Source: Azolla caroliniana (lineage: Eukaryota > Plantae > Polypodiophyta). Taken from it: a stretch of DNA of 64,000 nucleotides. The notes under the pieces are model-generated. The model worked only from the letters and a program-made list of their open reading frames with translations, did no database searches and was not told the origin of the DNA. Positions 10,811-22,251 of the stretch are shown here, one piece after another. The position numbers and the translations under genes were made by a program. Position 1 is the stretch's first letter; the number at the start of each line of letters is the position of its first letter. The stretch lies in assembly GCA_043228905.1 (NCBI GenBank), contig JBHGNT010000008.1, positions 3,782,001 to 3,846,000 of the forward strand, read 5' to 3'.

Positions 10811-13800
10811 ATACAAACTTCTATTGAGCTTACATACCAAATGTTCATTTCCAGGAATAACAAAACCCTCAAGCTGTTTCATGTAAAGCTCTTTGTCAAT
10901 GTCACCATGCAAAAAAGTTGTATGTACACCCATTTGGTCTAATTCCACATCAAATGCAGCCACTATAGCAAATAACACTCACAAAGCGGTCATTTTTACC
11001 ACAGGAGAAAACACTTCTTGAAAATCTATGACCTTAATTTGAGCATATCCTTTTGCAACCAGCCTTGCTTTATACTTAGGTTTGCCATCAATGGTCTTGA
11101 TTTTATATACCCATTTGTTAGGAATAGCTTTCCTTCCATTGGGCAGTTCGACCAAGTCCCAAGTATTATTTGAATGCAAAGCCTTAATCTCTTCTTGCAT
11201 AGCAAGCTCCCACTTATTGCTGTGCTCACATGCCTTTGCCTCTTTATATGTAAGAGGTTCTCCCTCATCGGTCAACATTATTTTGTGCAACGAGGGGTCA
11301 AATCTACTCACATTTCGTCTTATACGAGTAGAACGTCTCACCCAATGATCCATATTGTCCAGCAATGGATCAAGATCAGGTGGCATGTCTAAATCATCAT
11401 TGTTAGGCTACTGTCCATTATTTTCAGCACCATTTTCAACATTATTATTTGGCTGCATATTCCTCTCAGGATCCTCATCTTGCTGTCCAACATCTTCTGG
11501 CTCCAAAACCACTGGATGATCAATATTTTCAGTCCTTTGTGGTGGATCCTGATGGTCAAAACTGGGTCTAACAGGTGGCTGGTCATGCTGAAATCTAACC
11601 CTTTTATGGTCATCTTTTGAGGCACAATTGTTTTGAAGCAGCCTTGCCTCATTGAAAACAACATCTTGGCTGCGTATAACCTCCTTGAGCTGGGGTATCC
11701 AAATCCTATAACCCATTTTGCCTTCTTCACCATATCCCATGAAGAGGCCCTTAATGGACTTGGCATCAAGTTTGTTTCTCAGCTCAGGCCTTATATGTAC
11801 AAAAGCCTCGCAGCCAAAGACACGAAGTGATCATATGAAGCAGGTTTGCCAGACCAAACCTCTTCAGGGATGTCACCTTTTAAAGACGTGTGAGGGGATC
11901 TATTGCATACGTGTACTGCAGTTTTGAGTGCCTCTCCCCAAAATCCATGAGGGAGATTAGCGGTGGACAGCATGCTTCTCACTCTCTCACAAAGTGTCCA
12001 GTTATATCGTTCAGCCACACCATTAGAAGAGGGGCTGTATGGAACAGTAAGCTCCCTCTTAATACCCAAAATTTCACAAAATTTCTTGAATTCAGCACTT
12101 TACTCACCACCATTGTCCGTACGCAAACATTTTAGTTTTCTTCCTGTTTGGGTGGTCACAAATGCATGAAACGCTTAAATGCAGCTAAGGCTTCATCCTT
12201 AGATTTAAGTAGTTGAACCCAAATTTTTCTAGAGAAACCATCAACAAATGAGATAAAATACATTGCACCCCCCATAGATTTGGTGGGCATGCTACACACA
12301 TAAGAATGAACAAGATCAAGTACACAAGACTTACGAGACACATTAGAGTAAAAGGAACGCTTCACTTGCTTTCCATATTGGCATTCATTACAAAAATCAA
12401 GCTTCGTGCCTTTAGCATCAAGCTTCTTTAGCTTACAAAGCCTAGTGAGACCCTTTTGGCTCATATGGACAAGTCTCTTATGCCACAACTCCATATGGGA
12501 GTGAACTTCAGCCAAAGCAATAAATTTACCCGATATAGCATTTCCAAGCAATAAAGTGTTCCCGTCTTTGTGGCTTTCACAATCAGCTGTGAACCTTTTG
12601 TCATTTTCCATGATCCTCTATCAAAGAGAATGCTATAACCATGCATATCCATTTGCCCCACAGAAAGCAAGCTCTTCTTGATCCCTGGTACATAACGCAC
12701 ATTTGTAGAAAAATGCACGGTTCCAATACCCTCATTAGAACATTCATGATTGTTTCCAAGGTATACATGGCCTTGGCTGCCTGCAGTAAAAGTAGGAAAA
12801 CACTCCTTGATAGGAGTCACATGAAATGAAGCACCAAAGTCAACTATCCATGTTTGGGCCAATGCATCATTGACAGTGAGCAAAGCATCAATAAGATCAT
12901 TCTTAGTGATGCACATGTCCTGTGAATGAATATTTAGAGAGGCATCATATGCATAAGTATCATTAGCTGAAAAAGTAGCACATAAAATGTCCTCAACATC
13001 TGACAGCTCCTCTATGACTACATTAGAGGCCAAATTGGCCTTCTCTTTGTTCTTTTGGTTGTCATGTGCATTAGTCTTGTCCTTTTTCTTATCTCCAAAA
13101 TTCTTTTTTCTTTCAAGTTCTGCTTTGTAATAGCGGCAATCAGGTTTCTTGTGGCCTTTCTTGCCACACTGATAGCATGTTACATCATTGCCTTTAACTT
13201 TGCTGCTATTTCCCCTTTCCTAGCTTTTACTTTTGTTCCTGTGTGCATAGTTACTTCTCTTATTTGTCCTACCTCTAACCATGTTGGCTGAGCTGCCACC
13301 TTCTCCACTTGCTTTTCTCATGATCTCTTCATTGAGTATGGATCCCCTAACACCATCAAAGGTCAAGTTGGGGCTATTAGACAATGAGACTACCAATGTC
13401 TCCCATGAGTCAGGTAGCGTCATTAGCAGGAAAATGGCTTTGAGCTTGTCATCAAAAGGAGCCATTCCTGAGTCTTGCAGCTGTGATAAGGTACTTGTAA
13501 ACAAGGACAAGTGTTCAACTACACTATTGGACTTATCCAGTTGCATGCCAACAAGCTTTCGCATTAGGTGTACTTGATTAACAGGCGTATTGTTTTCATA
13601 TGTAGCCTTCAGCTTTGCCCATATTTTAGAAGTAGATACCAACCCTTTGAGATCTACCAAAATCTCATCAGAAACAACCATCTTAATATATATGACAACC
13701 TTTTTGTTTAAAATCTGCCATGCATCTTCTAACATGTTCTCTGGTTTTTCGGCCTCTTAACGCCTTGTCATAATCCTTCAAAAAAAAAATTCCTTGCATT

Positions 13801-14406
13801 CTTTCCTTCCACAAGTCAAACCTGTTCCCGCAAATCGTCGAATCTCAAAAAGATTCTTCACTTCTGAGTAGGATGGAGCCATAGCTCACAATAAAGAGGT
13901 CTGAACACCTGTTCTTTGCTGTACAACACCTGCACAGAAGTTCAGAAACCCTAAATCGGGTCTGATACCAGTTGTAAAGGTTCGGAATGATGTCAATAGG
14001 GCTGAGGAATACTCAGGATTCACCCTAGTATAGGCTCTTTAGATGTAACAGTGGAGCTATGGTCAAAAAGATAGAGAGAGAGCAGTAGTTGGAGGAGCTC
14101 ACCTTTGAAGTGAGATCCAAAAGTTTTTAACTTATGTTTTATATGACCCATTTAGGGTTGGCCAAGTTCACACTGAACTTGGCCCAAAAATAACGAAAAG
14201 GTGATGAGTGACTTTTGGCCTTTATAAATAGGCCTATACACATGTACACACTGTTAGGGGGTCATTTAGGGCCTTTACCCCAACACAAAATAAGCTGCGC
14301 CAAGATGGAGAGAATCTCCAAAGTGAGGGGGAGAACCAAGGCCCTATTAATATTATTCCCAGATATTGTAGGATCATTTGTACCCCACTTTTCCTCTCCC
14401 AAGACA
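10811..14406 (-). mobile_element. Ty1/copia LTR retrotransposon, 3'-truncated and frameshifted (gag, protease, integrase, N-terminal RT, 5' LTR 13973-14406)
   Basis: ORFs show gag (LLMTLPDSWETLVVSL), protease (WIVDFGASFHVT), GAG-pre-integrase (LWHKRLVH..CNECQYGK), integrase (SNGVAERYN, FWGEALKTA) and RT ([35 protein letters not shown]) in copia domain order. The tRNA-iMet PBS TGGTATCAGA is at 13961-13970 (-), followed by an LTR with a TATA box at ~14220-14232. Confidence 0.9.
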
Positions 14407-15165
14407 GAAAGAAAAAAATGAAAAGAAAAGGTATATTAATGTCTTTTACGAGGCCAAAATGGCCTATAAGACCAAACAAGAGATTACATCGTAAGTGTTG
14501 TCTCGTCTTTGAGAGATTACATTGTACATGTCGTGATAACAAGATTCTTTAGTCTCATTTGATCTTATTTACTCTTTTTACTTAGTAACATTTATTTATT
14601 TAGATTGATTCTCAAGTCAGATATATTGTAATTTTTGTCTTTGAAAGATCTCTAGCATAGGTTGTTCCACAATGGAGAGGTTTCTGAAGTGAGGGAAGCA
14701 CTTGCAATGGCAGGAGATGATGACCTTTATCTGTCTCTTGAGTTCTAGCAAGAAAAGCCCGATGTAATGGTGGTCCTCATATTCCATTACCCTTCGTAGT
14801 GGACCAAAGCCTTGCGTAAAAGGCAATGGTATCTCCCTCTTATTTTAAAAAAAACTATACAATCACGACATAGTGTTCTTTAGATTCCACTCCTTGATGA
14901 CCCAGTCAACAAAATTCTTTCTTTTATAGGTATTTGTGCATATCTGCCTACTCAATCTCGAACTGATGTGAAGAAGTTTGCAGCAGCCCTATCACATAGT
15001 GCAGCGCATGGTATAGATGTTTGTCCATATAAGAGGACCTGATGATGAATCCATCCTCTGATGAGTGTAAAAGGTGTGTCTTATAGTGAGCCATCTTCCT
15101 ACCAAGAGATGTGGGGCTGATCCATGTTTTCTTTTTTCCAAGTTGATAATATCAGTTCAATTATC
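14407..15165 (-). mobile_element. Second 5'-truncated copy of the LINE family at 1-1298, with an internal deletion
   Basis: The reverse complement aligns by eye with 290-1260 (KTRQHLRCNLLFGLIGHFGL translation shared; LFLLELKR shared). About 230 bp corresponding to ~725-955 is missing. Confidence 0.85.
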
Positions 15166-15369
15166 AAGTCCCTGGTAGAGGCCAATTCAATCTGTGAGAC
15201 AAATCAGAATTACAAGTATTGGGCGAATTCTAGTTCGTAACGCTCCATAATAATCAGTTAATGCTTGTGGTGGTATGATTTTCTAGAGATGGCTTACAAG
15301 CATGAAGTGCATATCTAATATGTATGGGTTGAGTAGTGGTGACAAGACATTGTATCTGCTGTTAGTTGA

Positions 15370-15810
15370 TGTTTTGGAACAAGGCTATGAAGAAGTATAA
15401 CAAGTGCATCTGGGTTTCTTCGTGCAAATGGAGCATGGCGAGCAGTGATCCCCACTATCTCACAGTGGTACTTATGTCTACATTGTTTTCAACATCCTCT
15501 GTTTACTCTGTTCCATTGTCCTTACGTAGATGTGTTGTAGCGAGCAATGATCTCCATAATCTGGTAATGGCACTTATATCTCAGGGCCTTGTTTTGGAAC
15601 AAGGCTATGAAGAAGTATAACAAGTGCATCTGGGTTTCTTCGTGCAAATGGAACATGGCGAGCAGTGATCCCCAAGATCTCACAGTGGTACTTATGTCTA
15701 CATTGTTTTCAACATCCTCTGTTTACTCTGTTCCAGTGTCCTTGCGTAGATGTGTTGTAGCGAGCAATGATCTCCATAATCTGGTAATGACACTTATATC
15801 TCAGGACTTG
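15370..15810. repeat. Tandem duplication, 2 x 220 bp, high identity
   Basis: TGTTTTGGAACAAGGCTATGAAGAAG... starts at both 15370 and 15590. The two ORF translations 15366-15620 and 15589-15933 are nearly identical. Confidence 0.93.
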
Positions 15811-15959
15811 CTGTTATATGTCATTGGCATTCCTTTGCTTGCTCTGTGGGACTCCTCAGTACGTTGTCAGTGGAGGTGTGAAACTATGGAAGAAATCAGG
15901 AATATTTTATTGCTATTGCATCTCGCATACTAATATAGGGCTGATTTCTTGTGCTTTTG

Positions 15960-16294
15960 AAGCTTGAGCAGACTTCTCCATCATTTTTTGATTGATGGTG
16001 AAATCCGTGTACAGGGTAGGGTGGCAAACGTCTCTCTCAAAATGTTCCTCGAGTTTGATCTCTTCTTCATGAAATTTGCAATATCTTTCAGCTCTAGATA
16101 TGTGAAGTTCTTCTTTTGCGTTGATCTCTGGTTGTTGGGATGAAAGTCTGAGTGTTCCTATTGCTTTCTTAGCATTATATGTTGGTAGAAAACCATATAA
16201 CTTGTTGGTAGAAAATAAGAGATGTAAGCTCTTATTTGGTTTTATAGGCCATTTTGGCCTCTTAAAAGACGTTAATATATCTTTCTTTCTTTCT
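15960..16294. mobile_element. LINE relic: antisense degenerate ORF2 C-terminus (~15960-16200) joined to a sense 3' tail (16220-16294)
   Basis: Minus-strand AIGTLRLSSQQPEIN..ERYCKFHEEEIKLEEHF resembles LRTSSHQLQIE..ERICQLC..ESEEHY. The plus strand then has GATGTAAGCTCTTATTTGGTTTTATAGGCCATTTTGGCCTCTT...(CTTT)n, matching 1198-1298. Confidence 0.6.
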
Positions 16295-17389
16295 GAGAAT
16301 TTCATAAAATTTGTCTTTATCATAGGCCATCTTTAGGGAAAGAGGCTCCCATGTGTGATCCAAGTGTTTTGGATATAGGGCTTTCATAGATCTTGCTGCA
16401 ATACATTGTTCTGTTCGTCATTTTGGAAGGTATACAATATCTGAGGGATGGCAAGCACTCGATGTCGAGCACACATACATGAAGTGTTCACCTTGTAGAC
16501 AATCATCCATGTAGAAGGTGCCATATGGCAGTCTCAAGCTTGTATGACAGTGAAGGTGTGGGGCAAGAATCCGATGGTTATCCACAAGTAGACCAATTTT
16601 AATAGATAAAATTCTTTATTTATCATCCATGAGGAGACCATTTTTTACCTATGTGACCAAATCAACATATCATCTTGTGTATGACTCCTTCCTAAGAAGG
16701 GGGGGTTGCTGCTCTGCTGTAAAAACTCTTGATGTGAAAATAATTCGCACACATCTGTGCTCACCATTCTTGGTGGACATTTGAGTATGACACTTCCACA
16801 CCTGCCTAGCAAGTCATCATACTTCTTGCGAATTACCTTATATACATTTCTAGGTTAAAAGCATGTGATACTCATCCTCTACAAGCCCTTCCTCTCTTTA
16901 GTGTGACACTCAATTCGTCGCCCCCTCTTATTATATCATCATAGCTTTTATGAATTGCACTATATGCAGAGCATGTAAAAAACAAGTGATACTCATCCTC
17001 TACTAGCCCTTCCTTGCATACCTTACCTGCCTTTATATTTGGCTAATTTTGATGCCATAATGCAACTTCAATATTAAGGTTGTGTGATCGAGTATGAAGG
17101 AGTGTTAATACACATGTTAGAATTGAGGTAAGGTTGAATACAATTGTGTGCGATCATGCTCAATTGCGGTTTACAAGACTATGTATCCTCTGATGCAATT
17201 ACATCTTCAATGTGATAATTCAGTGGACAATGCTGATCTGAAATATGAAATTTCCGAAGGGAGGTCTTTGTGTCTACAATTGGCAGGCTGTTAATTAACT
17301 GGATTGATTTATTTCAGTATAAATGAAGATTATTCTGTTATTTCATTTCTTTTGTTTTGAGACAGATAGGTGGTAGTTGTGTGGAACAT

Positions 17390-18238
17390 ATGTCTTCTCA
17401 GTGGTGGACTGCTTTTAGACGATGGAAACCAATTGGACGGGAATTTATGGAGCAAACGGTCCTTTTTACACAGTTCTTATGTAGTATTCATGTGTTCAAT
17501 AACCATGTTGCACAATTTCATCAGGTACATTATTATTTCCTCTTAGTTAAGTTTTGAACAGAATTTTAAATATGATCTGAAGGTTATTTTGCATTTATAG
17601 GTAATGGGTCCAAGCATGATTCCAACACTAAGTGCCACCGGTGATGTTCTTCTTGTAGAGCGTTTGTCTACACAGCTCCAAAAAATAAGGGTTGGTGACG
17701 TTGTGATGGCTCTGTCACCAGACAACCCTAAAATTCTCGTTTGCAAACGTGTCTTAGGACTAGAGGGAGATCGAATTGCATATTTATCAGCAGATGGCAG
17801 AGGCTTTAGTCAACATATCACTGTGGGTGCCTTTCGACAAAAACAAAATATGTTAGGAATTAAATAATGGAAAGTTGTGTGACTTACAATGAGTGTTTTT
17901 TTTTTCTCAATGTACATATAAGTTCTGTAAGTGTCGTTACATATAATTTTATCTGTGTTTCTGGTGTAGGTTCCTAAGGGACATGTATGGTTGCAAGGCG
18001 ACAATGTAGGTAATTCCATGGATTCAAGGCACTATGGCCCTGTGCCTTATGCTTTATTGGAGGGCAAAGTCTGTCTCAGGGTAAATATTCATACTTTTCT
18101 CCTTATAGATGTTTTGTGCAAGTGCTTCCTCCATTCCCTCTCTTGAGTCTGATTTAATCTCTCACGTGTTGAATTTTAACCTTACAATGATGACTCCGAA
18201 TGCAGGTTTGGCCCCCAAATGGATGGATGAGGTTTTAA
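17390..18238 (+). CDS. IMP1: Mitochondrial inner membrane protease subunit 1 (peptidase S26, IMP1/IMMP1L-like), 166 aa, 4 coding exons
   Basis: Exons 17390-17524, 17601-17822, 17970-18080 and 18206-18238 all have GT..AG introns in phase 0. The spliced protein contains GPSM (catalytic Ser), [14 protein letters not shown] (catalytic Lys), [24 protein letters not shown] and RVWPP. Confidence 0.93.
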
Positions 18239-21200
18239 TTTAATGCTGACCACCTTGGATGCTGTGACTATGTTCAGCCCATTATTATGTGTTTTCTGCC
18301 ATATGGGATCACTTATGAGGTGTGTTTAGTCTATGATAGAGGTATGTGCTATGCAATTGGTAACATTTCATATGCACAATTTACAGCTCCTATTAGGAGA
18401 CAGAACATAATGCACTGTCTTCCTCTCTAATATATGCTGAATCAAGGTCAAAATACGTATACACTCAATCAATGGATTTCGATGTACTTATTGAGGGAAA
18501 CAATTATCGACTCACTATCTGATTATGTGAGTTTATTGAAATGGTTTTCCACCGTGCCAGCTTTACTTAGTGATTCATGTTGGGTTTTTTGTTGTGTGCT
18601 TTGCAACGCGGTCATAATTGTACTGATACTTGCCCTTGTCATGTTCATTGGAGAATTAGGTAAGCATACATAGGCCAACGAGAGAAAAAAAGAAAGTTGT
18701 ATTTATGTCACTATATATATATATATATATATATAAGATCAAAGGTTGATACACACCAAAAGATACAATCTACTTTTGAGAGTTGCATTTAGCAAATTCA
18801 AAAACAAGATTTTTAAACGAGAGAAAATATCCCTCACAAAGGCAAAAGACACCTCAATGTGATTTGAGAAATACACCTGGGTCAAAAAACCCATCTGAGC
18901 TATTATTTGCGTGTGACATTGGACTATTAAAGTATCATCTGACTGTTTTCCAATTGTCATGTCCTCGCAGCTACATTGTTAATGCTACTCATTAGCGCAT
19001 GTTCATTAATAATTTCTTGCCTTCTATTACCACGAACCAAAATAAATTTCTGATCTCTATGATAAACACATGGTCCGTTATCTGTATTGGTTTTGTTTCT
19101 GGTCTGCCTTTGCTTATAAAACTTCTATGGGAAATTTAGCAAATTACTCATTTTTCATGAAATTCCTGAGTACTGATTTTATGATTACCTTCTCTCTTTG
19201 GAGCTCACTTCTTTTTTATTATTGGAAACCTGTGAATCTTGTGTAACAAAACCACCTTGCAACATAAATTGGTAAATATGTTGTGTTGTGGCATATGCTT
19301 GTGATTGTACAATCATATGGTAAGCTTGACAAAACGTATGAATGTCTATTGCATGCAAGAACATGACCATGGTAATGGCAGAGTCCAGACTAACAACTCA
19401 AGTTGCGCTATCACAAGCATAGAATGTATTATCCTTCGAGAAATTTGAATGTACCTTAGAAGCATCGAAATGTTGTTTAAGAAAGTTTTTGTCAGCCTGA
19501 TTCAGTAAGAATTTGATGTTGGTAGCATATTAGCAAATGTCTACCAAATCGTTGAGAATATATGATGTGTGAAACTAGCCCATGGGGAAGATTTATATAC
19601 ATAGTGCAAATGACATTCACTGATGTCTCGTGAAATTTACCTCCACACAGCCATGGTCGTCCTCGTAAAATGTCATAGCCAACAAATGATGGATCAAATT
19701 ATCAATGTCATAAATATTACCCCTTATTTCTGGCATGGCTTTTGTAGACCATGTTCAGATTTGTAACATGTGCATTTGTAAGCTATTGAGGATGATCTTA
19801 ATATTGTGGATCAAGATATTTCAAAATACCTCACTAAACCTCCTATGATGCTTTAGATATTTAAAATGTAAGGAATAGAGAGATGCACTAGTTCTTTTTA
19901 TTCACTGAATTATTTCCTACTTTGAGACATTTGAATTATTCGTTGAAGGGGGATTTTAACATTTCCATACTTTGTTGGCTTTTGAGGATGAAAACACTTT
20001 GGGTATGACAATGTTGTACACAATAGATGACTTTGAAAATGAACTTTCGCATGAGAGTACCAGTCAAGGACCAAATGAAAAAATAATTCAAAATCAGAAA
20101 GGAAAATATTAAAAAGGATTTTTTCTATTAACAATAGTAAAAGGAGCTAAGAAGCTACACGATTACAATGAAGACTAGTGTTCAGCTAGAATGGTTTGAC
20201 AACATTCAACAACCAGCCATGGCCCATAATGCATATCGTGCATACTGTTATCAAACAAGGGGTTGCACTAACTAAAAGCGTGGAAAGTTATACAATAATG
20301 TGAAAACAATACATTGTTACAATATTTATGATATATAGAATCATAACCAATTTGTTATTATTCCATATATGACATTTTATGTGATCATGATTGCACACTC
20401 TTAATGTAGGAATGTCACGTAGTTCAATAAGTAGGAACTACTGTCCTATTCTAATGATCATCCCTCTTGAACTTCATATTTTGGCAAAGATCATATCTTT
20501 TGTTGCTAGATCTCAAGTGCATGGGTGAGCAGATATTGGTTGTCTGGCTAGGAGGTGGGTCTAATGTTCATTCTTCCTAAGTAGATTATGCTATGTCTCA
20601 TGTGTAGATTGTGGGTACCTAGAGGTTAGTGGGATGTAAAAGGCAAGGTTAGTGGTCTAGGGTTGGTGACCTTCGGTGTGAATGAGACTACACCTAATAG
20701 CCCAATAAAGCACTAAAAGCAAGAGCTACAAAATGTGGGAGCAAAGATGGGTATATGTTCGGTGATCTTACGTGATAAAGATAGATAAAGGATTTCAATC
20801 TTTTATATTCTTCATTAAATGGGAGCAATGTTTTCTTTAATGGAACATGTGTGGTCTATAGTTGCAAATTAAATATTAAAGTGACCACAAATGTCCACAC
20901 TGAGGAGTCGGTTACTCCCTCTCTTCACACACATATAACCTCTATTCGGTTACGAGCTAAGTCACTTTAGTTAAGGATTATTCGTTTGCAACAAAGAATC
21001 ATTTGGCAACACAATATATAATTAACAAACCTAAAAGTCGGTTCGGTTACTATGGTCTAGAAATGGTGTGCTTCATAGCACAATATTTTATTAAGAAACT
21101 TAAAAAGTTGGTCCGGTTACTATAGTCTAGAAATGGTGTGCTTCTTCAGCATTGTATGTGCGCATGCCTCGCTCTTTATTCGTCCAACCTACAATAAAGC

Positions 21201-21431
21201 GCAGGTGAATCATGTGCAAACCGATGGCGCTATTGATGGGATGCAGAATCATCCACAGGACGATTCCAAGAGAATATCCAAGAGGAAAGATGCTTTTGGA
21301 AAGGGGGGGCATGGAGCGGTGGGAAGGGTTGGTAGGTGTTGCCTCGAGACCACACGAGGAGGCGGTAAGTGTGAAACCGAAGGAACTGTGGAGACAAAGT
21401 CAGCTGTGTGGACATAATGCGACAACCCGCT

Positions 21432-21477
21432 AAACCCTAAACCCTAAACAACCCCAACATTGTGCTCGTGATGGGCC
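21432..21477 (+). promoter_or_regulatory. Tandem telo-box (AAACCCTA x2) with an adjacent site II motif (TGGGCC) upstream of pyruvate kinase
   Basis: AAACCCTAAACCCTAAA at 21432-21448 and TGGGCC at 21472-21477, about 0.8 kb upstream of the ATG. This pairing is an established plant promoter module, but its function here is not shown. Confidence 0.45.
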
Positions 21478-21817
21478 ATGCTCACAGACTGCATCAGGGC
21501 TCTCATCATATCTATTATCAGGAATTGCCGGAATTGTACGCCCCAACTTGTTCACTTCGACTGAGTTTGCTCCTCCATTGCCGGAATTGTACGGTCAGTT
21601 TTCGCCACTGTTTGCTCCTTGATTTTTTTAAGGTCTACACATCGGGGCTCTCATCATATCTATTATCAGGACAAAAGGGGGGGGTCAAAACGCAGAAAGA
21701 GCAAAAAGCAAAACGCAAAACGCAAAAGGGCGAAAAGCAAAGGGCCAGAAAACGCAAAAAAGACACGAACGCGACAGGGGCGGGAGGGGACCATCTTGCG
21801 TGACTTTCAGACACTGT

Positions 21818-21861
<44 letters not shown>

Positions 21862-22210
21862 ACAGAACAAAGCAGAGCAGAGAATATGAGAGAAAGAAGA
21901 CAGAGATGAGAAAGACAGGGACAGTCAGAGAGAGAGAGAGAGAGAGAGAGAAAGTGTGTGTGGTTGTGATTGTGGGTGTGTGCCGTTTTGTTCGTGTGTG
22001 TGTCTCTCTGACACATAGAAACGCTTATTCCAGCAGCTGGGCTGCCTTTACTACCTAGATCTACTAAGTCAAAGAAATTGGGCTGATACAAACTACTAGA
22101 AGAAGAAGAAGAAGAAGAAGAAGAAGAAGAAGAAGAAGAAAGATCAACAAAGAGACATAGAAACATAGAGACATAGAAACATAGAAACATAGAGACATAG
22201 AAACATAGAA
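21818..22210 (+). repeat. (GA)n, (GAA)n and (AGARACAT)n repeats in the pyruvate kinase 5' region
   Basis: (GA)n at 21818-21860 and 21927-21950, (GAA)n at 22098-22142, and an octamer array at ~22151-22210. Confidence 0.9.
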
Positions 22211-22251
22211 CAGAGCTCCTACGTTGCTTCTCCCCTTTCAATTCTTTGCAA

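Noticed and set aside
7871-16715. Inverted similarity between ~7871-7935 and ~16648-16712 as TIRs of a large DNA transposon
   Set aside because: The match is short and diverged, there is no TSD or transposase, and both copies end in a PPT-like AAGA(A)GGGGG tract. Two relics of one retroelement family in opposite orientation is simpler.
18300-21000. Short ORFs between IMP1 and PK as additional genes
   Set aside because: AT-rich, no recognisable domains, and no consistent exon chain that I could build.
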